A stretch of DNA of 64,000 nucleotides, from NCBI GenBank assembly GCA_022605425.2, contig CM061248.1, positions 372,001-436,000 on the forward strand. The letters are read 5' to 3'. Below are positions 12,134-23,625 of this stretch, in pieces. Numbering within the stretch: the stretch's first letter is position 1; each line of letters opens with the position of its first letter. Source of the DNA: Hamiltosporidium tvaerminnensis FI-OER-3-3 (lineage: Eukaryota; Fungi; Microsporidia). Position numbers and translations under genes: made by a program. Under the pieces are notes generated by a model, which searched no databases, was not told the DNA's origin, and was given only the letters and a program-made list of their open reading frames with translations.

Positions 12134-13869
12134 ACACACGGGTTTCTCATAAATATTTTTTTAAAACAATTTATATCTATAAAAAATTTTAATTCGATTA
12201 AAAGATATTTTAATTAAAATTTAATTAATAACCGTTTTTTTATAATTAATTTTCAAATTAAATATTAAAAACACACGTTTAATTTATTCCATAAATTATC
12301 AAAGCAATTTAAATTCAATTATAATATAACAAATACCATCTTTTTAAACTAGTTTAAAGATATATTTCGATTTATTAATATTATTAATCGGATTATTACT
12401 ATATTAATGATTTAAATCTACTCTCATTGACATGTATCTCCATAAAATAAAAAGCATTAATAGGTTTCTGATGGGATACATGTCTTTGATTTTCATTTTT
12501 TATTTGAATAGAACAAATTAATTGGTAATATAATTTATCAAAAACTCGTATAAATTACCAAGTACATTAACAAAACTACACATTTCAAAATAAAATTTAG
12601 AATAAAGAAATTTAAAAACAATAATGTTAAAGACATCCAACACACCAAAGATTTTATTAAGAAAACAACATATAATTTAAGAAATTCTGATTTCTAAAAA
12701 CCCAATTCTATTTTAATCTATTTCATTTTTATCAGTTACCCACTCTCCTTAACTATACAATTCAATAGAAATTTATAGAAACGAATTCATGACAACTTCA
12801 ACATTATTTTTCGTTTTATTATACTAAGATGTATTTTATTCAGCTGATATCACATCTTTTTAGAACAGTGGCAAGTGTTATATTTGTTTTCATAACAGTA
12901 ACGCAGTTCTAGGTTCAACACAAATAAATAAATATTCTAAATTACCATTATCATACCTTACTATATTTATATCTGAAAACCTTTTGCTTAAAAGATGGAT
13001 AGAACTTATTTAATGAGCGAGGCAGTTGTACTGAGTTTGTTAATGTCCGTTGCATGGAATGTGATCATATTTGAAACCGAAATTTAGTTCTACCTTAAGA
13101 ATATATATCGTTCCCACTTACTATACACATTCAGAACCTATTAATCTTCTAACTAAGATATATATCATAGACTTACATAAGTTTGCTTAAAGCCTCTAAT
13201 ATAATATTGTAGTATTCTACTACATAATTATGAGTTATTGAATTCTCTTATAAAATATAAAATTATATTTTATTAAAACCCCAATGATGGAAGAAAAAAA
13301 TAGAAAAGCTGAAATAATAATTTAAATAAACCTTTCATTAATCAAAAAAATCTTTAGTTACACGGGTTAACAAACCCTTTTATTCAAATGATAGCGCCTG
13401 TCTCTATCAAAGATACCTTTTATCTGGGTTACTCGAAAGAGATTACGACACATACCAACAAGTATAACTTGCTACTTAGCTTTTGAAATTTTTTGACAAC
13501 TTTAATTTTTTATACCTCCCAAATACCAAGTCTTCTTACGCGAGTAATAAATACTAAGTTTCAATACTTTTACACCAATTACATACAAATTTAAATAACA
13601 GTTTCCATTCTAATTACATAAAAAACCAAAAAAAATAAATTTAAAGACCCAATTCAACTTTTCCATAACCTCCTTCACATACAAACTTTCATCAAAAAAA
13701 TCAAAAATTTAGTATTTCTTCATCCTACTAAAATTAAAAACATTAATCTTTACATACCAATATACTTATTCCTTCCCAATTAAGTAGTAGTTACCGTATT
13801 ATCCCACTCCACACTTAAATTTAAGATAATAAAATATATTTCCTTCTATAAACAATTTCACACTCGAAC

Positions 13870-13966
13870 CGTCTTTTACTTAACTCCTCTTAATTATCCA
13901 GTCTTATATCGGGTGCTTAACACCTCTTAACTAACCCTTTAAACCTTCTTTTACTTAACACCTTTT
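13870..13966. repeat. CTTTTACTTAACACCTCTTAA tandem array, left part, interrupted by the Tc1-like element
   Basis: The same units continue at 15928-16120 beyond the right TIR. Confidence 0.75.
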
Positions 13967-14032
13967 TATAGGGTTTTTCGATCAATATAATAATCCTTGC
14001 AATCAATATAATAATTATTTTTAAAAAATAAA

Positions 14033-14533
14033 TTAGCAAATGAGTTAGGTCTTATTTATAAATGCAATGTAGAGATAATTCCTTATGTGATGACCTGGGA
14101 TGGTATTGTGACAAAATACCATAAGACGTATGTTAAGAGACTGCAAATACCCATGAATGTAGAGGCATATATACAATCCATAGTACTCAAGAAGACAGTC
14201 GAAACAATTTCTTTTGATCGACGAAGAGGACTTGAGTCTGGTCCAAATGCCGAGGAGAGCTGGGAGAGAGCATCATTAAGTGTTATCTTAGGAGCTGAGA
14301 TGCATAAACAACCAATACCCCCTTTAAAGCAAGTAGACAACGAGGAAGATGATGTTAAAACGGAAAATACAAAAAATATTTTACCCCTTATTTTGGATGG
14401 CATAACCACAGCAAAGGAACCAACAACTAATACAAATGAAGAGTTGGAGTTGGAGGAAGAGATAGAAGTGGTTGAAATGGTGGAAAGAATTATTTAAAAA
14501 GAAAAATTTGTTAACCCAGAATTTTATTAAATA
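14033..14533 (+). mobile_element. 5'-truncated non-LTR retrotransposon (C-terminus of a restriction-endonuclease-like domain plus 3' UTR) nested in the Tc1 element
   Basis: Reads LANELGLIYKCNVEIIPYVMTWDGIVTKYHKTY...YIQSIVLKKT, which I recognise as the tail of an RLE-type LINE ORF. It starts abruptly mid-domain and ends TTAACCCAGAATTTTATTAAATAAA. Related remnants occur at 22101 and 34348. Confidence 0.8.
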
Positions 14534-14632
14534 AAAATTTAAAAAATAAAAATTTAAAAAAAAAATTTAAAAAATAGAAATTTAAAAAATAAAAATTTAA
14601 AAAATAATTCATTCATTATAAAATTAACTCCC

Positions 14633-15804
14633 ATGTCAAATTCTTTTTCAGGTAAAAATACCAACGAGAACAAATATGATTTTCGTTTAGGTGAAACACC
14701 GGAATGTTAGAGTGCGAAAATGACAATGTTTTGAAGTGTCTTGAAGAAACATCGGGATCAAATGATGAAAATCTCTCCATAACCACTATTCCAACTCTGA
14801 GGAAACAAAAAGTTTCTATTAATGATCGGGAACGCATAATTGAAAAGACATTAGAAGGCTATTCTATTTCCGCAATTGCCTCGATGTATCGAATAAATTA
14901 CCAGATGGTTAATAGTATCGTTAGACGATATTTAAAAACTGGCTTGGTATTTGTCGATAAAAGAGGTGGTGATAGGCGCTCAAAGTTAACCTTGGAAAAA
15001 AAAGAGAGCTTACAAGCCTATGTTGATTTGGAATGTACAAAAACCCTGTATGAGTTGGCAGAATGGGTCAAATGTACATTTAATATTGATGTGTCAACTA
15101 GTACAATTGATCGCGCACTAAGGGAGTTCCATTACACTCTAAAGCGTGTAACAGTAGTGCCTGAGCGTAGAAATACACTTTCGACAATTGAGCTAAGAAC
15201 CAATTACACAACTAGTTTTCGTGAGTTGAGGTTGATAACGATGACCAAAACTTCGTCTTTTTAGGTGAAGTTGGGTTTGCTGTAGTAACACGCCTCAGCA
15301 GAGGTCTTAATATGAGAGGTGAATCTGCATACCTATCTGTAACAGCAGCCCGAAGTAGAAATATTTTAGTAGTCGCAGCAATGAACAAATATGGTATGAT
15401 ATACCATAAGATTCATGAGAGGGCCGTAAATGGTGAGGATTTCAAATTATTTCTTAAGGAGATTCATGAAAGTTGTCAACGGCAAAGAATTTTGACTCCA
15501 ATATTTGTAATGGACAATGCGAGAATTCATCACTATCGGGGATTGAATGATGATGAGGAAATTGCTTCGTATCGAATAAAATATCTTCCACCTTACTGTT
15601 CATTTCTTTATCCAATTGAGAATGTATTCTCATGTCTGGAAAAATAAAGTAATTCGAGGTGGTGCTCGTACTGAGCCTCAGTTGAGAATATTAATTTGTA
15701 GAAAATTTAATGAGATCACGGGAGAACATTGTAGTTCTTTTTAGCGTAAAATGTTAGGATATTTGCAAAAGGCTGAAGTAGGGCAAGTGATTCTTGAATA
15801 TTAG
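14633..15804 (+). pseudogene. Tc1-like transposase pseudogene
   Basis: HTH region (GGDRRSKL, VSTSTIDRAL). First catalytic D appears mutated (FVFLGEVGF). VMDNARIHH and YLPPY..YPIE have 34 residues between D and E. Frameshifts near 14700, 15228 and 15633, plus a premature TAG near 15742. CCC-ATG at 14633. Confidence 0.9.
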
Positions 15805-15927
15805 TAATGAATCTCAAGTAATATTTATAATTTCTATTTTTTAAATTTTTATTTTTTCAATTTCTATTTTTAAAAATAAATATCATATTGATTGCAAGGA
15901 TTATTATATTGATCGAAAAACCCTATA

Positions 15928-16120
15928 TTATACCTTCTTATATCTAATGCTTTAAACCTCTTAATTAATCATTCTTTTACTTAACGCGTATTTATTATAC
16001 CTTCTTATATCTGATGCTTAACACCTCTTAATTAACCATTCTTTTACTTAACACCTCTTAATTAACCATTCTTTTACTTAACACCTCTTAATTATACCTC
16101 TAGCTATACCTTAACACTCC
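15928..16120. repeat. CTTTTACTTAACACCTCTTAATTAACCATT tandem array, right part
   Basis: 30-bp units are visible at 16021, 16051 and 16081. Confidence 0.85.
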
Positions 16121-16413
16121 TATATAACAAAGTAAAATACCTTCTTTAAACCTCATTTTACTTTATCTCTTATATATCTATAACCCTTTATAAATAAAAT
16201 ATTTATTTATTTTACTATTCTTTCCCTCCTTTAACCCTAACCCTTACTTAAACATTACCCTTCTACCATACACCTATAAACATTACCCTTACCCTACGAT
16301 CTTACCAAAATATTACCCTTTATTCCTACCCTCCCACTCTTACTAAAATATTACCCTTCCACCCTCTCACACCTTAAATATTAACCATCATTACACCCCT
16401 CAAAATAAAAAAA

Positions 16414-19400
16414 ATGTTCCTCTCAAAAAAATACACATGGACCCCACAAAACAACACACAATTCACATCCACACCACACTTCTACTTAGATAACCACCCA
16501 TGGAAATTAATATTATGTTATACATATAATAAGTATTATATATCTATACATTACGATGGTTCTTCTTTCTTTGACATACAGACATTCCTAACTCTACAAA
16601 TTAGTTTAAAAGAAGAGTTTGATAATAAGTTAGAGGCTAATAGTAGTAGTAGTAATACTAGTAGTAATATAAGTAGTAATAGTAACAACCCTACTACTAT
16701 AAGTAGTATTAATCCTACAAAACAACAAAATACCATTTCACTCTTCCATACTCACTCTTTTAATAGATTTGATACCGACTTTGGTTTATTTACCCCTACA
16801 TTTCCTATAAATATAACACTTACCATTTATTTACTTAAAACACCTTATAATTCCTTTAAATATACTTCATTTACAGGTATTAAAAACCTAGGAGGTACTT
16901 GTTATATTAACACCCTTTTACAAACACTATTCCATATACCAGAATACCGTAACATGATACTAAGCCTAGGATATAGCAATAGTGATAGTAGGGATAATAT
17001 GTTAGATGGTAGTAGTAGTAATAATAATAGTAATATGTTAGATGGTAGTAGTAGGTAATATGATAGATGGTAGTAGTAAGGATAAATCTATATAATAACA
17101 ATAATGATAAAATAAATAACAATAAAGATACAATAAATAACAATAATGATAAAATAAATAACACTACCACTACTACACCCACACCCCCCACTACCACACC
17201 ACTTCTTTACTTACAACACCTCTTCTACCAATTACTTACACATACTGATATACAAATAAAACCTTTTATAATTAAAAGTAATATATTTACAGATACTAAC
17301 ACACATCAAGACATACATGAATATTCTAAGATATTCTTTGATTTCCTAGAGAAAGAATACAAGGGTAGTGGGGGGTGTGGTAGTAATAGTAGTAGTAGTA
17401 ATAGTAGTAGTAGTAATAATATAAGAGATATAAGGGATATAAGAGATACTAATAATAACCCTAATACTACTACTGATAATAATAACCCTAATACTACTAA
17501 CAATACTACTACTGATAATAATAATAACCCTACTACTACTAACAACAATAACCCTTCTAATAATAACAATACTACTACTAACAACAATAACCCTAATACT
17601 ACTAACAATAATACTACTAACAATAATAATAACCCTCCCCCTAACACCACTATCACCCCTACTAATAATAATAACACCCCCTCCACTAACCCTAATAACA
17701 TTATAGATGGCCTTCTTCTTAACTACATACACTGTATAGATTGTAACTGTAAAAGTACAAATAAAGAACATTTTCAAGATTTACAAGTAGATATAAGAGA
17801 TTATAACAATAACAATATAAGTAATACATTAAATAATTCTTTAAAAATATTATTTAATAAAGAAATATTAGAAGGTAATAATATGTATAAATGTAATATA
17901 CATGGACATGTACGTGCTATTAAAGGTATGTGTTTATATAAAGGACCAAGTGTACTTTTTATATTAATTAAAAGGTTTAATATTGATTATGAGACAGGAG
18001 AAGGATATAAGATTAATGATTATTTTGAGTACCCCGAGGTATTAGAGATGGTAGAGGGTGAGGGGGGAGGTGTGGGGGGTGAGGGTGAGTTTGGATGGTT
18101 TGGATGGTGATGTGTTAAGTGGTAGTGTTAGTATGGATGGTAGTAATAAGGATATAAGAGATAATATAAGAGATACTAGAGATAATATAAGAGATACTAG
18201 AGATAATATAAGAGATACTAGAGATAATACAACAGATAATATAAGAGATAATAACACCACTACCCTTACTTATAATCTTCACTCGGTTGTTGTTCACTCT
18301 GGTACTGCACATGATGGTCATTATACTGCTATTATAAATATAAAAGGTAATTATTATAAATTTAATGATACTATAGTAACACCTGTATGTAAAGAAGAAG
18401 CATTAGAATGTAATTATGGTGGTGTACATCCTTATAAGAATAAAGTAAGAGTATCTAATGCATATATGTTAGTGTATAGGAGGGTGGGTGATAATGGTTT
18501 GGATAATTTTATAGATAATAGTAGTATTAGGGATATAGGTAGTAGTAATAGGGATATAAGAGATAAGGATATAGATACTAACCCTAACCCTAATAAATGC
18601 ATAAATACTAACCCTAACCCTAATAAATGCATAAATACCAACCCTAACCCTACTATTAATACTAACCCTACCACTATTACTTACCCTAATACTACCCCCA
18701 CTATCCCTTTACCTATAAAATACCCTATACCTACTACAACCCTTCACCCCTTACTTCTCTCTACCTTTAAAAAAGAATTTAAAGATAAAATAATTTATAT
18801 TTTCTTTAAACCTATAAATATAGGTATTAAAGGTAATATTATAATAATAAGACTTAAAATGGAAGATGATTATAGAGAGAAAGTAAGAGAGATATATGGA
18901 GTATATAGGAAGTACTTATATATGTTTGAAGTGAGTAACAGTGATAGTGTAGTAGGAGGTGTAGGGATGTATAATGATATAGATAATAATCTAGTAGGGA
19001 TGGATAATAATATAGGTAATATAGATAATAATATAGTTAATAGTAATACATTAGGTAATAGTAATATAGATAATATAAATATAGGTAATAATATAGGTAA
19101 TAGTAATATAGATAATAATATAGATAAGAGTAATATAAATAATATAGATAATATAAATATAGGTAATAATATAAATAATGTAAATAACAAACATACTAAT
19201 ATAAATAATATAGATAATACTACTACCTATCCTACTCTCTCTTATACTACTACTGTTAAAGATAAAGGTATTTATTTTGCTTATTTATCTGATAATGAAT
19301 ATAACTTTAATAATAATAAAGATTACCTTTTATTTACTAAGAAATATAAAGAAATACCTTTATGTAAATATAATAATAAAGGGGTATTAATAGATTGTGA

Positions 19401-21213
19401 GGTAAAGGTAATAAGAAGGGATATGATAGGGGGTGTTAATAACAGTAGTATATTAGAGGGTGTTAATAATAGGGATATATTAGAGGGTGTTAATAACAGT
19501 AGTAAAGAAGAGGGTGTTAAGGATAAGAGTAGTAGTTATAAGGGTGTTAGTAAGAGTAGTAAAGAAGAGGGTGTTAACAATGTATCTAATGTACAACAGG
19601 GTGTTAACAGCAGTAGTAATATACAACAGGGTGTTAACAATGTATCTAATGTACAACAGGGTGTTAACAACAGTAGTAATATACAACAGGGTGTTAACAA
19701 CAGTAGTAATATACAACAGGGTGTTAACAACAGTAGTAAAGAAGAGGGTGTTAACAACAGTAGTAAAGAAGAGGGTGTTAGTAACAGTAGTAAAGAAAAG
19801 GGTGTTAACAACAGTAGTAATATACAAGAGGGTGTTAACAATGTATCTAATGTACAACACCCTGTTAACAACAGTACTACTGTACAACACCCCTTTACTA
19901 ACACTAACATATTTATAGAACACCAGTCTATTTCATATGTTATTTATATATATGGAGATAAAGAAAAGATTAAAAAGTATTTAGAGTCTTATAGAAGAGG
20001 TAAAGAAGTAGAATTAGAATATATAGATAGTAACATAGATAGTAATGATAATAGTAATATGTATGATAGTATAGAGAAGTATATATGTTATGGTAGGAAA
20101 GGTAAAGCAAATATAAAAATAAAGTATTTTATAAGAGATAGGGATAGTAGTGTTAGGGATAGTGATAGGGATAGTGATAAGTATAGTAGTATTAGTGATA
20201 GGGATAACAGTAAATATATTAAGACTAAGGACAAAGAGACTAATGAGTATAATGAGTATAAGGACAAAGAGACTAATGAGTATAATAACATATATAACAA
20301 AGAGACTAATGAGTATAATAACATATATAACATATATAACACCCTTAATGATCTTAAAATGTATTTGTGTTGTGATAAGGTTAGGTTATTAGATGGTAAG
20401 GTTATTATACCTAAGGTTTATTGGTTAATAAAAGTATTTATTAATAATGAAGAGGGTTATAATATTAATAGGGTTAGACATAAACATATAATGTGTGTTA
20501 AGAGGGGTGTTAAGGTAAAGGAGTTTATAGAGAGTGTTAAGAGGGTAGGAATAGAGTGTGGTGTTATAAGGAGTATAATGGGTAGTGATAAGGGTAGTAA
20601 GGATATGTTAGAGGGTGTTAGTGATATTGGTAAAGAAGAGGGTGTTAGTAACAGTGGTACTAGTTATAAGGGTGTTAGTAATAGTGGTAGTAGTTATAAG
20701 GGTGTTAGTGATAGTAGTAAAGAAGAGGGTGTTAGTAACTGTGGTAGTAGTTATAAGGGTGTTATTAATAGTAGTAGTAGTTATAAGGGTGTTAGTAACA
20801 ATATAGATAAACAACACCCTGTTAACAATAATACTGATACACAACACCCTGTTATTAATAATACCTTATACCCCGTTAACAATAATACCTTACACCCTGT
20901 TAGAGTTTTAGGGGTTAGAAAGGGTTGTATGTATTTAAAGGTGTTAGATGGGGATGAGTATGTAGAAGAAGTAATGGTAATAGAAAGGTGTTATATGGGT
21001 AGGTATATAAAGGGGTGTTATTTAAGAGGGTGTAGTGTTATAGGTTATTGTTTTTTAATACCTTTTAAAGAAAGTGAAAGAATAATTGAATTTAAAAGAA
21101 GAATGGGTGTTGTTAGTAGGGTTATACGGTGTAATGGAGAGGGGTTTTATGTTATGGAGGATAATGAAGTAATGGAGGTTAGTAATGAGGAGTATGTAAT
21201 GATGGAGGTTTAG
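16414..21213 (+). CDS. UBP15: Ubiquitin C-terminal hydrolase, USP7/Ubp15 type (MATH + peptidase C19), split over three ORFs in this sequence
   Basis: MATH-like N-terminus (YTW..PWKL..HSFNRFDTDFG), Cys box GIKNLGGTCYINTLLQ, HQDIHE, FQDLQVDI, IKRF...KINDYFEYP, His box LHSVVVHSG...GHY...KFND, EEALECNYGG, NAYMLVY. Motifs are collinear across ORFs 16414, 17067 and 18058. The true stop may be 21292. Confidence 0.88.
19430..19905 (+). repeat. In-frame 30-bp coding tandem repeat (QQGVNNSSNI / EEGVNNSSK)
   Basis: GGGTGTTAACAAC recurs at 27-30-bp spacing. A second block lies at ~20610-20900. Confidence 0.95.
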
Positions 21214-21292
21214 TGGAGAGGGGTTTTATGTTATGGAGGATAATGAAGTAATGGAGGTTAGTAATGAGGAGTGTGTAATGATGGAGGTGTAA
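21136..21292 (+). repeat. Tandem duplication (79-bp period) of the last ~26 codons of the USP gene
   Basis: GGAGAGGGGTTTTATGTTATGGAGGATAATGAAG occurs at 21136 and 21215. Confidence 0.95.
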
Positions 21293-21319
21293 AGGGTATA
21301 AGAGATTATGGGATGTATA

Positions 21320-21945
21320 TAAAGGGGTGTTAGCTATAAAGAATATTAGTTGTGTTATAAAGGGGTGTTAGCTATTAAGAATACCATTTGTTTTATAAAG
21401 GGGTGTTAGTTATAAGTATTTTATATTGTTAATAAAGGGGTGTTAGTTATAAAGAATTTATTTGTTTTATAAAGGGTGTTAGTTATAAGTATTTTATATT
21501 ATTTATAAAGGGGTTTTAGTTATAAAGAATACTATTTGTTTTATAAAGGGGTGTTAGTTATTAGTATTTTATATTGTTAATAAAGGGGTTTTAGTTATAA
21601 AGAATACTATTTGTTTTTTAAAGGGGTGTTAGCTATTGAGAATACTATTTGTTTTATAAAGGGTTTTAGTTATAAGTATTTTATATTGTTAATAAAGGGG
21701 TGTTAGTTATAAAGAATTTATTTGTTTTATAAAGGGGTGTTATATAAGTATTTTATATTATATTAAAAGGGTGTTAGTTATAAGTATTAATTCTAATATA
21801 TTAAAAGGGTGTTAGTTATAAGTATTAATTCTACTATATTAAAAGGGTGTTAGTTATAAGTATTATGTCTATATATTAAAGGGTTTTAGTTATAAGTATT
21901 ATGTCTATTATATTAAAGGGTGTTAGTTATAAGTATTATGTCTAA
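21320..21945. repeat. ~37-bp minisatellite with core AAAGGGGTGTTAGTTATAA
   Basis: Roughly 17 degenerate copies downstream of the USP stop codon. Confidence 0.95.
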
Positions 21946-22100
21946 CATATGTTATTCTTTATACATCTATATTTTAACAATAATTTTATATTTAATTAAA
22001 ACAATACTTTACTATCTAATAAGTGTTACTTCTAATACTTTATATCTTTAAATATAACCATATATTTATTACAAATTATTATCTTACTAAGTATAAAGGT

Positions 22101-22515
22101 TATTATTTTATTAAAGAAATTCTGGGTTAAAATATTTTACCTTTTTTATATATATTCTTCTACCTCTTTTACCACAGTTGTTTCTTCTCTCAACTGTGAC
22201 TCTTCATATATTTTTATATATATTCTTCTACCTCTTTTACCACAGTTGGTTCTTCTTTCAACTATGACTCTTTATTTCTATTTTTATATATTTTCTTCTA
22301 CCTCTTTTACCACAGTTGTTTCTTCTTTCAACTATGAGTCTTTATTTCTATTTTTATATATATTCTTCTACCTCTTTTACCACTTTTGTTTCTTCTTTCA
22401 ACTATGACTCTTCATATATGTTTATTGTGGTTAATCTAAAGTGGTTCTATTTTGTGGAATAAGGGGTGTATTATTTTTTGGCTTTAAATTTTTATCACCA
22501 TTTTCCTCTCTACCG
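22101..22515 (-). mobile_element. 3' remnant of a related LINE, with its last ~69 coding bp amplified 4 times
   Basis: Minus strand reads EENGDKNLKPKNNTPLIPQ...EESQLREETTVVKEVEEYI* then TTAACCCAGAATTTCTTTAATAAA. This parallels EEDDVKTENTKNILPLILD...EELELEEEIEVVEMVERII* TTAACCCAGAATTTTATTAAATAAA at ~14340-14533. Confidence 0.75.
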
Positions 22516-22539
22516 TTATATATTGATATATGTATTAAA

Positions 22540-22740
22540 TAAATTAAATATTAGATTTATAGATTAGAATTAATTATTGTTAGTTATAGAATAATTATTG
22601 TTAGTTATAGAATTAAATATTAGATTTAAAGATTTTAATTTTAGATTTATAGATTAGAATAATTATTGTTAGTTATAGAATTAAACATTAGATTTAAAGA
22701 TTTTAATTTTAGATTTATAGATTAGAATTAATTATTGTTT
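22540..22740. repeat. Degenerate AT-rich tandem repeat (TTAGATTTATAGATTAGAAT / AATTATTGTTAGTTATAG)
   Basis: Three related blocks are visible. Confidence 0.8.
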
Positions 22741-23111
22741 CTTAAGTTTAATTGCACTTTTTTATAGAAAAAAAAGTTTATTAAAGTATGAATTAATGTT
22801 ATGACGTAGAGTATAAAGTATTATGAGTTTTAAGTGGATTAAAAAGGTTTTAAGTATTTTATACGGATTTATTTTATTTTAAAATTAATTTAATTAATAT
22901 AAAAATAGTAACTTTATGAAAATATAACTTTATAGAAGTAGTGGGTTTTCTAAGGAGAGTATAGTTGAGATTGTAAATAGACGATATGTGATTTTTATAA
23001 GAAATTAAACTTTATTAATTTGTATTTTAAAAAATGTATATTTTGTAGGATTGCAGTATTTGTGTATTTAATAGAATAATTGTACAATAGAGAATTTTTT
23101 TTAAAGAAGTT

Positions 23112-23325
23112 AAATGTATGAGTTTTAGGTAATAGAATAATCAATTGCGTATGTTGAACTTAAGAATGTATAATTTAAAAAAATGATGTTTGAGTTGTTA
23201 TAGTTTATAAAAAAATTGTGTGCACATCAGTTGAACTTAAGAATGTATAATTTAAAAAATGATGTATGAGTTTTATGTAATAGAATAATCAAGTGGTATA
23301 TTGAACTTAAGAATGTATAATTTAA
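23112..23325. repeat. 3 x ~75-bp degenerate repeat
   Basis: TTGAACTTAAGAATGTATAATTTAA occurs at ~23154, 23231 and 23301. Confidence 0.8.
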
Positions 23326-23625
23326 TAAAATTGTTTGAAAAGGGTCTTGTTTAATGGAATATTTTTTAATTGGTCTTATATGTTTAATATATATTTGAAT
23401 AAAATATTTTTTAAAGGCAAATTTATTAGTAAATAAAATATATATTAGTTCTGAAAGTAATAAAATTATGTTTTGTTTTATTTTTCTTTTATGATATATA
23501 TTCAGAAGAAATTAATTTATACTTAAAATATTTTTTAATTTATCAAATATATTTTTTAATTTTTTTTAATTTATTGTATGCAAGTATATAGTCTATTGAC
23601 TTAGTATTTTGATATTAAACATTTT

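Larger units (their letters stand above)
13969..15925 (+). mobile_element. Tc1/IS630-superfamily DNA transposon (DD34E), defective
   Basis: ~60-bp TIRs starting TAGGGTTTTTCGATCAATATAATAATCCTTGCAATCAATAT, flanked by TA. Each TIR contains an internal direct repeat, ATCAATATAATAAT. A transposase remnant lies inside. Confidence 0.95.

Noticed and set aside
14652-14690. 39-nt GT..AG segment in the transposase leader
   Set aside because: It is a multiple of three, does not repair the frame, and has no branch-point motif.
16551-20847. Many Leu/Val/Ile-rich ORFs antisense to or overlapping the USP gene
   Set aside because: Shadow frames of ACT/AGT/AAT-rich repeats that happen to lack stops; not independent genes.
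21320-21945. Repeat plus variable spacer pattern resembling a CRISPR array
   Set aside because: The spacers are related to each other, the repeats are degenerate, there are no cas genes, and the context is eukaryotic. It is a minisatellite.
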